DNA of 64,000 nucleotides from Candidatus Methanovorans sp. (GCA_020793565.1 DQIP01000236.1:6069-70068), one strand, 5' to 3'; positions 37,291-48,157 are shown, counted from the stretch's first letter. Translations and numbers: made by a program. Notes: generated from the letters alone by a model not told the origin.

Positions 37291-39456
37291 TTATGTAGCG
37301 CGAGCTAATCCTGATATGGGAGATTTTCTCGAGGTAGTAGGTTTGACGCGTGATATTGCGCGCCTGAAGTGATCATTTGTCAGCCGTATATCCGGCACCA
37401 GCTTTAATATCTCGTTTTTGCTAATATCCGGTTTTACAATCTCGCGCAGTGCAAGCATTGCCGCTTCACGGCAGATGGCTTCAATATCTGCACCAACATA
37501 CCCGTCGGTAATATCAGCAAGTCCGGATAAATTGATCCCATCTGCAATCGGTTTTCCTTTAAGGTGGATTGCAAATATCTTCTCGCGACATTTCTTATCC
37601 GGCACTGTGATGCTGATCAAACGATCAAACCTGCCAGGGCGCAGGAGTGCGGAATCAACCATGTCCAGTCTATTGGTTGCGGCTATGACTACAATGTCCT
37701 TGAGATCTTCGATGCCATCCAGTTCAGTAAGTATCTGGCTGACAACGCGTTCTGTAACATACGAATCGGAACCTGTACCGCGGTGTGGTGCGATCGAATC
37801 GATCTCATCAAAGAATATCACGGTCGGTGCAGCCTGTTTTGCTTTTCGGAATGTTTCACGTACCGCACGCTCGGATTCACCTACGTACTTGCTTAGCATT
37901 TCAGGTCCTTTTATGCTGATAAAGTTTGCTTCACTCTCACTTGCAACCGCTTTTGCAAGCATTGTCTTACCAGTGCCCGGTGGTCCAAAGAGCATGATCC
38001 CGCGCGGAGGTTTGGTGTTGACAGCATTGAAAAGTTCCGGATACTTGAGCGGCCATTCAACTGCCTCGATAAGTTCCTGTTTCGATTTATCCAGTCCGCC
38101 GATATCATCCCACCTGACATGTGCAATTTCTACGAAGACTTCACGCAGGGCAGAAGGTTCAATGTTCTTCAGTGCTTCATCGAAATCCTTTTTTGTGATC
38201 TTGAGTTCGTCCATTATCTCCTGCGGGAGATTTTCCTCTTCCATGTTTATTTGTGGCAGTATCTTCCGGATTGCATGCATTGCCGCTTCCTTACAGAGTG
38301 ATGAGAGGTCAGCACCTACAAATCCATGTGTGACATCTGCAATCCCTTCAAGGTTCAGGTCATCTTCAAGCGGCATCCCGCGTGTGTGGACATGTAGTAT
38401 CTGCAATCTTCCATTGCGATCAGGGATGCCAATCTCAATCTCCCTGTCAAACCTGCCACCGCGCCGCAGTGCTTCATCGATCGAATTCGGGCGGTTGGTT
38501 GCAGCGATAACTACGACCTCGCCCCTGGCCTGTAATCCGTCCATGAGTGAGAGCAGTTGAGCAACAACCCTGCGCTCAACTTCACCGGTAACATCTCCGC
38601 GCTTTGGCGCGATCGAATCGATCTCGTCTATGAATATGATAGATGGGGCGTCACGCTGTGCATCTTCAAACATCTCGCGCAGTTTTTGTTCACTTTCACC
38701 ATAGTACTTTGATATGATCTCCGGGCCGCTGATGGATATGAAATTAGCATCTGTCTCGGAAACCACCGCTTTTGCGATCATGGTCTTTCCGGTTCCGGGC
38801 GGTCCATGGAGGAGAACTCCTTTTGGCGGTTCGATGCCGAGTTTTTGGAATAGTTCGGGATGGCGCAGGGGCAATTCGATCATCTCCCGCACAAGTTCGA
38901 TCTCACGTTTTAACCCGCCGATATCCTCGTATGAAAGGTGTTCGTTAGTCATGCCTTCACCAACAGACTTTTCTTTGAGCACTATATCGGTGTTTCGCGT
39001 TACAACAACAGGCCCGGTGGGATTTGTAGACATAACTATGAATGATAACGGGTTGTTGACTGTTTCAACCCGTATACTCTGGCCGCGTTCGATCGGTCGC
39101 CCTTCAAGTATTCGTAATATGTAGCGAGTTCCACCAACCATCCTGACAGGTTGTGTGGGTGCCAGTGTTATCCGTTTCGCTTCTTTTGCATCGATCTTTT
39201 TGATTGTGACCTTGTCATCGATTCCAACCCTGGTATTGTTACGCAGGTTTCCATCAATTCGAATGAGATTCTTACCCGAATCTTCCGGGTATCCGGGCCA
39301 GACGATGCCGTATGCTTTATCCTTGCTCTTGATCTCGATGATGTCACCACTCACAACACCAATATTTATCATTAAATCCTTGTCAAGCCTGACAATTCCT
39401 TTGCCAGCGTCCCGATGGTATGCTTCGGCTACACGTACAACAATTTCCCGACTCAT
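37291..39456 (-). CDS. cdc48: CDC48/VCP-type AAA+ ATPase (two AAA domains)
   Basis: 721 aa with an N-domain and two Walker A sites (GPPGTGKT twice) plus SRH blocks. Confidence 0.95.
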   Translation of the reverse strand: MSREIVVRVAEAYHRDAGKGIVRLDKDLMINIGVVSGDIIEIKSKDKAYGIVWPGYPEDSGKNLIRIDGNLRNNTRVGIDDKVTIKKIDAKEAKRITLAPTQPVRMVGGTRYILRILEGRPIERGQSIRVETVNNPLSFIVMSTNPTGPVVVTRNTDIVLKEKSVGEGMTNEHLSYEDIGGLKREIELVREMIELPLRHPELFQKLGIEPPKGVLLHGPPGTGKTMIAKAVVSETDANFISISGPEIISKYYGESEQKLREMFEDAQRDAPSIIFIDEIDSIAPKRGDVTGEVERRVVAQLLSLMDGLQARGEVVVIAATNRPNSIDEALRRGGRFDREIEIGIPDRNGRLQILHVHTRGMPLEDDLNLEGIADVTHGFVGADLSSLCKEAAMHAIRKILPQINMEEENLPQEIMDELKITKKDFDEALKNIEPSALREVFVEIAHVRWDDIGGLDKSKQELIEAVEWPLKYPELFNAVNTKPPRGIMLFGPPGTGKTMLAKAVASESEANFISIKGPEMLSKYVGESERAVRETFRKAKQAAPTVIFFDEIDSIAPHRGTGSDSYVTERVVSQILTELDGIEDLKDIVVIAATNRLDMVDSALLRPGRFDRLISITVPDKKCREKIFAIHLKGKPIADGINLSGLADITDGYVGADIEAICREAAMLALREIVKPDISKNEILKLVPDIRLTNDHFRRAISRVKPTTSRKSPISGLARAT

Positions 39457-40151
39457 TGTTCATTACCAGTGTCACTTTTGGTTTCAAGTATTTTCCAATA
39501 TTGTTGGTTATCCCTTATAGTATATTCAATGAACCCTTTTTTTGCCATGTCCAGTACCTGAACACTGATAAGACTCGGATGTGTTGTAAAGATATAGGAC
39601 AATGATGCTATACTGTGTTCCTTTTTGAGCAGTGCATATAGTATTTCTACTTGAAGGGGTGTATCGGCAATTTTAATTACTGCATCCATGCAGATATCCA
39701 TTAGTTCGGTGAATACGACCTGTAATTCCTGCTGTTTGCGTGTGAGTTCTTCCTGTTTGTTTTTCGTTTTTCGTATTTCGAGATTTAATTCTGCAAGAAC
39801 TGATGCTGCATGCACTTTTTGTACTTCCACCGTTGCATTGTGATCTTGCTTTAAGTGATATTCTGTGTTGACAGGAGATGTATGTACAGATACGGCATAG
39901 GAATGGGGTGATAACGATACTTCAAGGCGCATGTTATCTACGATATTGAAATATTTGCGTCTCTGTTCATCGACACGGCATTCAATGAGTCCGGTTTCTT
40001 CAAGCAGGCCCAGATGACTTATAATTGCCTTTGGACCAACACCGAGTCGCCCCGATATCTCACTGACATAACATGGACGGTTCGAGAGGAGCTGGAGGAT
40101 CTTTCTCCGGTTCTTATTACCAAGTATGTCAAGCACCTGTGTTGGTTCCAT
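39453..40151 (-). CDS. Phr/HSR1-like winged-HTH heat-shock regulator
   Basis: N-terminal wHTH ([49 protein letters not shown]) plus a coiled-coil C-terminus. There is a 4-nt overlap with cdc48. The regulator-AAA-hsp20 order matches the known archaeal heat-shock operon. Confidence 0.7.
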   Translation of the reverse strand: MEPTQVLDILGNKNRRKILQLLSNRPCYVSEISGRLGVGPKAIISHLGLLEETGLIECRVDEQRRKYFNIVDNMRLEVSLSPHSYAVSVHTSPVNTEYHLKQDHNATVEVQKVHAASVLAELNLEIRKTKNKQEELTRKQQELQVVFTELMDICMDAVIKIADTPLQVEILYALLKKEHSIASLSYIFTTHPSLISVQVLDMAKKGFIEYTIRDNQQYWKILETKSDTGNEQ

Positions 40152-40316
40152 TTTTCACCTTAAATTTCTGTTTTTGCATGTCAGTCAGATTTAATAGGAT
40201 TCACCGTAGAAGACCCGGAGTCAACAAGCAAATCCAGGTATAGCAAGGGATTTACTTGTGATAGGAGGAAGATATTGACTGAGGGTTAGTAACCAAGGAG
40301 GTATGTCGCATGGATA

Positions 40317-40331
40317 CTAACCTATAGTTAG
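40317..40331 (-). promoter_or_regulatory. CTAAC-N5-GTTAG palindrome immediately downstream of a TTTATATATAA box (candidate Phr/HSR1 operator + promoter)
   Basis: The minus strand reads TTTTATATATAATGACCCCTAACTATAGGTTAG. A second half-site palindrome, GGTTACTAACC, lies at 40284-40294. The site is about 165 nt upstream of the regulator ATG. Confidence 0.5.
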
Positions 40332-40379
40332 GGGTCATTATATATAAAATAAGTGGTTGGTGCGTTTTAAACAAGAATT

Positions 40380-42318
40380 GTATCCTCTTCAAATTAAATG
40401 GTAAATTGGATAATCGATTTTTACGGAATCTTTTACAATATCTACTTTTTTCTAGTAAAAATAAAGCAATCGTCATTATATCAATAGAAATATAGATATA
40501 TGATAATAATTATTATGGTATTTATATGAATAAATCTGAAATATCACAAATTTTAGAATCATTGAAAATCCAACCTGAAGATATTTCAGATAAAAATGAA
40601 TCCGAAGCATTTCGTCTTCTTCTTCAGATAATAGAGATATTAAATGAAGAAAATCAAGCATTAAAAGCAGAATTACAAAAAACTCGAGATGAACTTAACC
40701 AATTAAAAGGAGAACAGGGTAAGCCTAAAATTCCCATCCCGAAAAAGAACAAAAACGTCTCCTCCGAAAACGAAAGAAAAACATATATTTCAAGGAATGA
40801 AAGGAAATCAAAGGAAAAACTTAGTAAGATAAAAATCGACTTTACTGAAGATTGCAAAGTCGATCGAAGTATCTTACCAGAAGATGCAGTATTCAAAGGT
40901 CATAAAACAGTAGTTGTTCAGGATATTACCATAACAACTAAAAACACTGCATATAAAAAAGAAATTTTCTATTCTCCCTCCCAAAATCGAACATACACTG
41001 GAAAATTACCACACGAAATTGAAGGGGAATTTGGTCCTGGAGTGAAGTCTCTAATAATCACTCTCAAACATGCTTCCAATGTTTCAGAGCCAAAGATCCA
41101 TGAATTCCTTAAGAATATTGGAATACACATCTCTCCAGCTACAATATCCCGTATTCTCACAAAGAAAATTGATGTTTTCCACCAGGAAAAAGCTGATATT
41201 TTTAGGGCTGGATTGGAATCCACAGTTTATCAACAGATAGATGACACTGGTTCTAAAGTAAATGGCCAGAACCGATATGTTGAAATTATCTGCAATCCAT
41301 TTTACACAGCATATTTTACCATACCAACGAAAGACCGTCTAAGTATTCTGGATATACTGCAAGGTGGCAATACAAGAATATATTTTTTTAATGAAGAAGC
41401 TTTTGCCTTGCTGGAATCTTTCAGATTGTCGAATAAAATAATTGGTAAATTGCGAGATAATGTTCTCGACAAAGTATTAGATGAAAAGCAGATGAGGAAA
41501 CTTATGGCTGAGATTTTTCCTGATCCCAATAAAGGTAAAATTAAGCGAACCAGAATTATGGAAGCTGGAGCCATAGCAGCATATCATAGTCGAACTGACT
41601 TTCCTGTGGTAAAAGCACTTTTAAGCGATGGTGCTCCCCAATTCAAGAAGCTTACAGAGGAACAAGCTCTTTGCTGGATTCATGATGCAAGAAACTACAA
41701 AAAATTAGGTCCTGTAGTTCCAATGCACAAAAAAGAACTTGAAGATTTTCAAGTTCATTATTGGAATTATTACCGGATGCTTTTACAATTCAGAGAAAAT
41801 CCCACTCAGGAAAATACTGAAAAACTATCGGCTGAGTTTGATGTATTGGTTTCTACCAAAACAAATTATCAGGCATTGAATGAGCGAATTGAAAAAACCA
41901 AAGAGAATAAGGTTGAACTTCTGCTTACATTGAAATATCCTGAAATTCCTTTGCATAATAATGCTGCTGAACTGGGAGCGAGGGCACAGGTTAGAAAACG
42001 AGATGTGAGTCTGCATACGATGACAGAAGAAGGTACAAAAGCCAGTGATACTTTTTTAACTATTGTTCAGACTGCCAAGAAGTTAGGGGTGAGTGTTTTT
42101 GACTATATCGATGATAGGGTCAGTAAGAGGTTTAAAATGCCTTCTCTTGCAAAATTGATTGAGACAAATAAGTCTTCGGGATTTGGTTGTCAAGAGTATG
42201 GTTAGGGAATTGATAAGTTATAGTTTCCAGAACTTAGAGAAGGTGATAATATATTGGCAGATTAGTGGAAATGCATTTGTTGATTTTTTGAATTACCAAT
42301 CATTTTGGAGAGGATACC
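40380..42318 (+). mobile_element. IS66-family (single-ORF, ISBst12-like) element delimited by about 38-bp imperfect inverted repeats; true termini uncertain
   Basis: GTATCCTCTTCAAATTAAATGGTAAATTGGATAAT (40380-) matches the reverse complement of 42283-42318 (GGTATCCTCTCCAAAATGATTGGTAATTCAAAAAAT). No target duplication was found, so these may be subterminal repeats. Confidence 0.5.
40526..42205 (+). CDS. IS66-like DDE transposase
   Basis: 559 aa with an N-terminal leucine-zipper-like coiled coil, then LCWIHDARNY and PLHNNAAELGARAQVRKRDVSLH...LTIVQTAKKLGVSVFDYI. These parallel IS66 TnpC blocks (CWAH.RR; NN.AER.IR...GRKN; TCK.NG..P..YL). Confidence 0.6.
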   Translation: MNKSEISQILESLKIQPEDISDKNESEAFRLLLQIIEILNEENQALKAELQKTRDELNQLKGEQGKPKIPIPKKNKNVSSENERKTYISRNERKSKEKLSKIKIDFTEDCKVDRSILPEDAVFKGHKTVVVQDITITTKNTAYKKEIFYSPSQNRTYTGKLPHEIEGEFGPGVKSLIITLKHASNVSEPKIHEFLKNIGIHISPATISRILTKKIDVFHQEKADIFRAGLESTVYQQIDDTGSKVNGQNRYVEIICNPFYTAYFTIPTKDRLSILDILQGGNTRIYFFNEEAFALLESFRLSNKIIGKLRDNVLDKVLDEKQMRKLMAEIFPDPNKGKIKRTRIMEAGAIAAYHSRTDFPVVKALLSDGAPQFKKLTEEQALCWIHDARNYKKLGPVVPMHKKELEDFQVHYWNYYRMLLQFRENPTQENTEKLSAEFDVLVSTKTNYQALNERIEKTKENKVELLLTLKYPEIPLHNNAAELGARAQVRKRDVSLHTMTEEGTKASDTFLTIVQTAKKLGVSVFDYIDDRVSKRFKMPSLAKLIETNKSSGFGCQEYG

Positions 42319-42358
42319 TTTTTTCCCTGAATTTTTGAATTGCAGGACAACTTCTATA
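42319..42358 (+). mobile_element. Right-end half of the MITE family, abutting the IS66-like element
   Basis: TTTTTTCCCTGAATTTTTGAATTGCAGGACAACTTC+TATA is nearly identical to 6911-6948 of MITE copy A. Confidence 0.7.
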
Positions 42359-42914
42359 TACTACAAGAAAATGTTTAAAATTTTGGTCTGAACTGTGAGT
42401 GATGGAAAAATCTTAGAACTTTATAATGTCGTTGAAAATTGTTTTTTGGGACAGCCTGATAAGAAAATTTCCACAACTTCCATATGTAAAATAGGATGTG
42501 AGAAGGCATGAGATTCTTCGGGATTTTATCACACTTGTTAAGGATGAGTTCGATGACGTGGCCGATGTGGATATTGGTATGTGGCTGTCCAACTTTATTG
42601 ACACAGATGCTCGATTGACGCCATAGATTTTTCATGTATGCATAAGGGGAATTTATATCAACTGTACCTCCAATATACAATAAAGGGTTTGATAGATATA
42701 TTAAAAGGGGGCTCTGGTGTCAATCTCAATTTACGGGCAAGGTAATATATTGCAGGCTCATGGTGCCGTATTTTACACAATAAACTTCACAGGTAATTAA
42801 TTACAATGATGTGACGTCCACGTTTTGTATGGGATTCACTAAACCGCACAAACATTGATATAGTTGTAAGTAACATGTGTTAACACCTGAAAATATACGG
42901 TTTAAACAAAAAAA

Positions 42915-42978
42915 ACGAGATGATCCTCGCTAAGTCCGGATTACTCGAACTATACAACTCTATAAATTATATGCTACA
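42915..42978 (+). repeat. Rep-P unit (divergent) immediately upstream of the GlcD-HdrD gene
   Basis: ACGAGATGATCCTCGCTAAGTCCGGATTACTCGAACTA followed by TACAACTCTATAAATTATATGCTAC. Confidence 0.7.
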
Positions 42979-42995
42979 TAAAAGGCGGGATAAAT

Positions 42996-45900
42996 ATGAC
43001 AAAATACGTTTCTGAGTTATCTGGAAAACAGAAAGCAGAGCTAACAGATATTTTCGGCAAGCGCGTAAATTTCAAAAAACGTGAACGCCATTATTACACA
43101 CACGATGTCGGCACACTGCCAAATCTGGTCAAGCCACTGCTTGGTAAAGTCGAACCTGCAGCTATCGTCAAAGTAAGCAACGAAGATGAAGCGGTCAAGC
43201 TTATTAAATTCGCAAACAAATATGAGATTCCTATTGTTCCAAGAGCCGGTGCATCATCCGGTTATGGCGGGGTCATAGCCACACGAGGGGGCATAATTGC
43301 TGATGTTACCCCAATGAACAGGATAATCGGGATAGACAGGGAAAACCTCACTGCCACAGTAGGTGCGGGTATTGTCTGGGAACTGCTTGAGGGTAGTCTT
43401 GCGCGCAAAGGATTGTCACTCCGTGCAGTACCATCAAGTGCCCCATCATCCACACCCGGCGGCTGGCTTGCACAGGCAGGAATTGGATATGGAAGTTACG
43501 AATACGGCTGGTCATACGAAACAATGGAATCCGCAAGGATCGTGCTCCCGACAGGCGAGGTCAAAGACCTTACTGAAGCCGACTTTGACAAGATCAGCGG
43601 TACAATGGGAACCACCGGAATTATCACACAGGTCAAACTTAAACTTCGAAAATATGAAAAGACCATTGCAACATCTGCAAAATTCCCTGATGCGACATCA
43701 ATGAAGAACGCTATAAAAGCCGTATCCGAAAAAAAGATACCACTATGGGCAATCTCATTACTGAACCCGAATTTTGCAGACATGAAAAACAAAGCTCCTC
43801 CAAAAACCCATCATGGACATCCTGTGGACGAACACCGTCCCATCCTTCCAAAAGCATATATCGTCAACTTCGCATACCCTGAATCAAGGGATGTCAGTGA
43901 ACTTGGTGACGTGATCAAACAGGCCGGTGGAACAGTATTACCGGATGAGATCGCAGAGCATGAGACCGAAGAATGGTACAAGTCAATGAAGGTCAAAAGG
44001 CTTGGTCCGTCATTCGTTCCTGCAGAAGTGCTGGTTCCTGTCGATACTGTTGACAAAGTAATAGATGAGATCGGGCGCAAGATATCCCTGCCTGTCCTGA
44101 TGGAAGGCATGGTCACTAATGATAACATGGTAACGCTTCTCTGTTTCATCCCGCATTCAGAATTGTCATTCAGGTTCAACCTGGCGTTCCCTCTCGCCCT
44201 TAGCATCGTGAAGATCGCAGAGAATAACGGAGGCAGGTTATATTCATCAGGATTGTACTTCGCGAAAAAAGCAGACAAGGTGTTTGGGGACAGGTTTGCA
44301 GGTATTCAGGAATTCAAGAAAAAATATGATCCGAAAGGTATAATGAACCCCGAAACCCTCACAGGTAAGAGCCTGTTGAAAACGGGACTTTCCTTTGCAC
44401 AGGCCTTTGAACCGATAACACGCCTGGTAGGAAACATGTCAGGTATCAAACAGAGTGCTAAGTTCAAAGACAAGAAAAATATTCCAGGCGATATAATCTC
44501 ACATGCTTATACCTGTGCCCAGTGTGGATACTGTGTAAGCGAATGTGACCAGTATTACGGACGCGGCTGGGAATCACAATCCTCGCGTGGTAAATGGTTC
44601 TTTATCAAGGAATATCTTGCAGGGCGAGAGAAACTTGACCAGGAGCAGGTTAACACATTCCTTGCATGTACGACCTGTGAGACATGTGTTTACAAGTGTC
44701 AGCTTGACATACCGATCGAACCGGCATGGCTTCGGCTCAGGAATATCCTTGTCGAAGACCTGGGCAAAATGACCTTTCCCCCATTCGAGATCATGGCAGC
44801 AAGCCTGGTAAAGGAAAGGAATATCTGGGCAACTTACCGGACTGATCGTGATAAGTGGGTTCCTGAAGACCTCAAGCCAAAAATAAAAGACAAGGCTGAT
44901 CATGCATACTTTGCAGGTTGTACCGCCTCCCTTGTAGAGAAAGACATTGCCACATCCACAGCACTTATGCTTAATGATGCCGGCGTGGAATTCACATATA
45001 TGGGTAATGAGGAGGCATGCTGTGGAATACCCATGCTTGCATCAGGTAAATGGAAGGTTTTCGAAGGCATCATGAGATTAAACATCACGAATATGAAAAA
45101 GCGTGACGTTAAGACAGTCATTACATCATGCCCTGCATGCTGGCTTGTATGGAATCACTTTTACAGGGAATGGGCCCAGAAACTTGATATTGAATACGAC
45201 TTTGAGGTCAAGCACTACACAGAAGTGCTGGCTGAGCGGCTCGATGTGCTGGCACCAAAGTTCAAGGAACCGCTCAACAAGGTAGTTTCATTCCACGATT
45301 CATGCCACATTGGCAGGGCAGGCGGAATATATGAACCTCCTCGTGATCTTATAAGGGCAATCCCGGGTGTTGAGTTCAGGGATCTTGAACACAACAGGGA
45401 ACGTTCGCACTGCTGCGGTTCAGTGCTCTCGCTTCTCGATGATCCTGAAGTTGCAAATGTGATCGGTGCGGTGAAACTTAACGAAGCCATGGATGTCGAA
45501 GCCGAGATGCTTCTTGCAGTATGTCCATGCTGTCAGGTACAGTTGAGGGTGACAGCAGACAAGAGCAACATACCGATTGATGTTCAGGACCTGGGCAGTG
45601 TGGTAGCCCGCAGTCTCGGACATGATATCCCGGATTCCACAGGTGCTGCACTGGAATCATGGGTCGTATTTGAGAAGATGATATATCTCCTCAAGCCTGA
45701 TAAAATGACGGACCTGATGGTCGAACTCCTGCCCCAGATCATGGATGCTATGCCATCGTACATGAAGGTAATGATGAAGACCGTGAAATACATCCCTGGT
45801 ATGGACGTATTGATGAAACCGCTCATGCCAAAGATGATGCCGTATCTCATGCCGATGTTGATGCCAAAGGTAATGCCGGACATGCTCGAAGCTGTTGGAA

Positions 45901-46043
45901 GGCGTATTGCAATGCCGGATTACATGGCAGAGCAGATGCCTGACCTGATGCCGCGGGCAATGGATAACCTGCTTCCGAACATGCTTCCGGAGATCGCACC
46001 GTTGTTAACTCCGAAGATGATCGAGTATATCAAGGCAAATTGA
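42996..46043 (+). CDS. Fusion oxidoreductase: FAD-linked oxidase (GlcD-like) + 2x[4Fe-4S] + two CCG (HdrD/GlpC-like) domains + Met-rich C-terminal tail
   Basis: 1015 aa. It has an FAD_binding_4-type N-terminus (PRAGASSGYGG), ferredoxin motifs CAQCGYCVSEC and CTTCETCVYKC, CCG motifs (EEACCGIP, HCCGS, CPCCQ), and a tail rich in M-P-x-x-M. Confidence 0.8.
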   Translation: MTKYVSELSGKQKAELTDIFGKRVNFKKRERHYYTHDVGTLPNLVKPLLGKVEPAAIVKVSNEDEAVKLIKFANKYEIPIVPRAGASSGYGGVIATRGGIIADVTPMNRIIGIDRENLTATVGAGIVWELLEGSLARKGLSLRAVPSSAPSSTPGGWLAQAGIGYGSYEYGWSYETMESARIVLPTGEVKDLTEADFDKISGTMGTTGIITQVKLKLRKYEKTIATSAKFPDATSMKNAIKAVSEKKIPLWAISLLNPNFADMKNKAPPKTHHGHPVDEHRPILPKAYIVNFAYPESRDVSELGDVIKQAGGTVLPDEIAEHETEEWYKSMKVKRLGPSFVPAEVLVPVDTVDKVIDEIGRKISLPVLMEGMVTNDNMVTLLCFIPHSELSFRFNLAFPLALSIVKIAENNGGRLYSSGLYFAKKADKVFGDRFAGIQEFKKKYDPKGIMNPETLTGKSLLKTGLSFAQAFEPITRLVGNMSGIKQSAKFKDKKNIPGDIISHAYTCAQCGYCVSECDQYYGRGWESQSSRGKWFFIKEYLAGREKLDQEQVNTFLACTTCETCVYKCQLDIPIEPAWLRLRNILVEDLGKMTFPPFEIMAASLVKERNIWATYRTDRDKWVPEDLKPKIKDKADHAYFAGCTASLVEKDIATSTALMLNDAGVEFTYMGNEEACCGIPMLASGKWKVFEGIMRLNITNMKKRDVKTVITSCPACWLVWNHFYREWAQKLDIEYDFEVKHYTEVLAERLDVLAPKFKEPLNKVVSFHDSCHIGRAGGIYEPPRDLIRAIPGVEFRDLEHNRERSHCCGSVLSLLDDPEVANVIGAVKLNEAMDVEAEMLLAVCPCCQVQLRVTADKSNIPIDVQDLGSVVARSLGHDIPDSTGAALESWVVFEKMIYLLKPDKMTDLMVELLPQIMDAMPSYMKVMMKTVKYIPGMDVLMKPLMPKMMPYLMPMLMPKVMPDMLEAVGRRIAMPDYMAEQMPDLMPRAMDNLLPNMLPEIAPLLTPKMIEYIKAN

Positions 46044-46106
46044 ATTTGAATTGATGATCACGTAATTAGCATTTCTGATCGGGCATGCGTGGTTATACAA
46101 AGTATG

Positions 46107-46145
46107 ATGTGTGCTTTTGCACACATTCTTTTTTCTTTTTCACAT
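46107..46145 (+). terminator. Hairpin + T-tract terminator after the GlcD-HdrD gene
   Basis: ATGTGTGC-TTTT-GCACACAT followed by TCTTTTTTCTTTTTC. Confidence 0.6.
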
Positions 46146-46298
46146 TTTTCCCACCGATTACTATTATATAGAAGTGCCTGCATTTAGATTGACCATAGTG
46201 TACTCAGACTATACACTATCAACAAAAATAACAATCAAATATTAGATTGGATATAAGATCAATATCATTATTTACTACGATAACAAGGAGGTTAAAAT

Positions 46299-47936
46299 TT
46301 GGCAGGACAAATGGCTGGACAGCCAATCTTTATCATGGCAGAAGGAAGCCAGCAAACACGCGGCAGGGATGCCCAGAGTAATAATATCTTAGCAGCAAAA
46401 GCAGTTGCAAGCGCAGTGCGCACAACACTTGGTCCAAAAGGTATGGACAAGATGCTTGTTGATTCAATGGGGGATGTTGTGATCACAAACGATGGTGCAA
46501 CTATCCTTAAAGAGATGGACATTGAACATCCGGCTGCAAAGATGATCGTCGAGGTTTCAAAAACACAGGATGATGAAGTTGGGGATGGTACCACAACCGC
46601 AGCTATCCTTGCAGGTGAACTTCTTGCAATGGCTGAAGAACTCATTGAAAAAGGTGTGCATCCAACGATCATCGCCGCAGGTTACAGGAATGCAGCAAAA
46701 AAATCCACTGAGATCCTTGATACCATAACTATCAACGTTTCTGCTGATGATACTGAAGCACTTAATAAGATCGCGGCTACAGCAGTTACAGGAAAAGGTG
46801 CAGAAGCATACAAGGAAAGCCTGTCCGAACTTGCTGTGAATGCGGTCAGGGCAGTTGCCGAAAAGACCGATTCCGGCATAACCGTTGACGTGGATGACAT
46901 AAAGATCGAGAAACAGACCGGTGGCAGCATACAGGATTCAAAGTTGGTAAACGGTGTAGTTATCGATAAAGAACGTGTACATCCGAACATGCCTGATTCT
47001 GTGGAAAACGCAAAGGTACTGCTTCTTAGTACTCCAATTGAACTCAAGAAGACAGAGACAAACGCTGAGATCAAGATCACATCACCTGACCAGATGCAGA
47101 TGTTCCTTGACCAGGAAGAGAAAATGCTCAAGGACGCCGTTGAAAAAGCAATAAACAGCGGTGCAAATGTGATATTCTGCCAGAAAGGCATTGATGACCT
47201 TGCACAGCATTATCTTTCAAAAGCCGGCATTTATGCCATAAGAAGAGTAAAGAAGAGCGATATGGAAAAACTCTCCAAGGCAACCGGTGCGAACATTATC
47301 CAGAGCCTTGATGAGATCATGGATTCGGATCTTGGTTTTGCAGGACTTGTAGAGGAGAATGACATAAACGGTCCTAAAATGACATTTGTCACCAAGTGCC
47401 AGACCCAGAAAGCCATAACAATAATCCTGCGCGGTGGTACTGACCAGGTTGTTGCCGGTCTTGAGCGTGCACTTCACGATGCACTTAGTGTTGTTGGTGT
47501 TGCTCTTGAAGATGGGAAGATCGTTGTTGGTGGCGGTTCACCTGAGATCGAACTTGCTCTTCGTTTAAAGGAATATGGCGCAACACTCAAAGGCAGGGAG
47601 CAGCTTGCCGTAAGTAAGTTCGCAGAAGCACTTGAGATCATTCCACAAACACTGGCAGAAAATGCAGGACTTGACCCGATCGACAAGTTGGTTGAACTTC
47701 GCTCCCAGCATGAGCAGGGCAACAAGAATGCAGGACTCAATGTTTATACAGGCAAAGTTATCGATATGTGGGAGAACAATGTTGTTGAGCCACTCCGCAT
47801 CAAGACCCAGGCGATCAATGCAGCTGCAGAATCCGCTGTAATGATACTTAGGATCGATGATATTGTGGCAGCAAGTCCGGGCGGACCGGGTGGCGCTCCC
47901 GGTGAGATGCCGGACCAGGCAGACATGGATTTCTGA
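46299..47936 (+). CDS. ths: Thermosome subunit (group II chaperonin)
   Basis: 545 aa with [20 protein letters not shown] and VGDGTTT blocks and a C-terminal [11 protein letters not shown]...MDF tail. Confidence 0.95.
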   Translation: MAGQMAGQPIFIMAEGSQQTRGRDAQSNNILAAKAVASAVRTTLGPKGMDKMLVDSMGDVVITNDGATILKEMDIEHPAAKMIVEVSKTQDDEVGDGTTTAAILAGELLAMAEELIEKGVHPTIIAAGYRNAAKKSTEILDTITINVSADDTEALNKIAATAVTGKGAEAYKESLSELAVNAVRAVAEKTDSGITVDVDDIKIEKQTGGSIQDSKLVNGVVIDKERVHPNMPDSVENAKVLLLSTPIELKKTETNAEIKITSPDQMQMFLDQEEKMLKDAVEKAINSGANVIFCQKGIDDLAQHYLSKAGIYAIRRVKKSDMEKLSKATGANIIQSLDEIMDSDLGFAGLVEENDINGPKMTFVTKCQTQKAITIILRGGTDQVVAGLERALHDALSVVGVALEDGKIVVGGGSPEIELALRLKEYGATLKGREQLAVSKFAEALEIIPQTLAENAGLDPIDKLVELRSQHEQGNKNAGLNVYTGKVIDMWENNVVEPLRIKTQAINAAAESAVMILRIDDIVAASPGGPGGAPGEMPDQADMDF

Positions 47937-47978
47937 GTTTAAGTTAAAATTAAAATTAAAGTCAGGTCAAATATTGCT

Positions 47979-48027
47979 GTGCCGGATGATATCCGGCACC
48001 TTTTCTTCCATTTTTCTTCTTTTTCAT
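47979..48027 (+). terminator. Hairpin + long T-rich tract after the thermosome gene
   Basis: GTGCCGGAT-GAT-ATCCGGCAC (9-bp stem) followed by CTTTTCTTCCATTTTTCTTCTTTTTC. Confidence 0.65.
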
Positions 48028-48028
48028 T

Positions 48029-48157
48029 GTATATAATCTATAGGATTATATAGTCCGAATAAATCTGAGCATAGCGAAGATTTTCTTGTTGTATATAATC
48101 TATAAGATTATGTAGTCCGAGTTAATCTGAGCGTTAGCGAAGATTTTCTCGTATATG
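48029..48157 (-). repeat. Rep-P array: two units in minus orientation (palindrome-segment-palindrome-segment-partial palindrome)
   Basis: GTATATAATCTATAGGATTATATA / GTCCGAATAAATCTGAGCATAGCGAAGATTTTCTTGT / GTATATAATCTATAAGATTATGTA / GTCCGAGTTAATCTGAGCGTTAGCGAAGATTTTCTCGT / ATATG. Confidence 0.9.

Noticed and set aside
40252-40661. Minus-strand ORFs 40252-40476 and 40476-40661 upstream of or overlapping the IS66-like transposase start.
   Set aside because: They are AT-rich and low-complexity, and lie in the promoter and IS leader region. One overlaps the transposase coding start on the opposite strand.
48029-48157. Palindromic ~24-bp repeats separated by ~39-nt segments look superficially like a mini-CRISPR array (also at 50492-50620 and 57038-57124).
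   Set aside because: The 'spacers' are themselves the same conserved sequence at every locus. Arrays have only 1-2 units, and no cas genes are present. This is a dispersed repeat family, not CRISPR.
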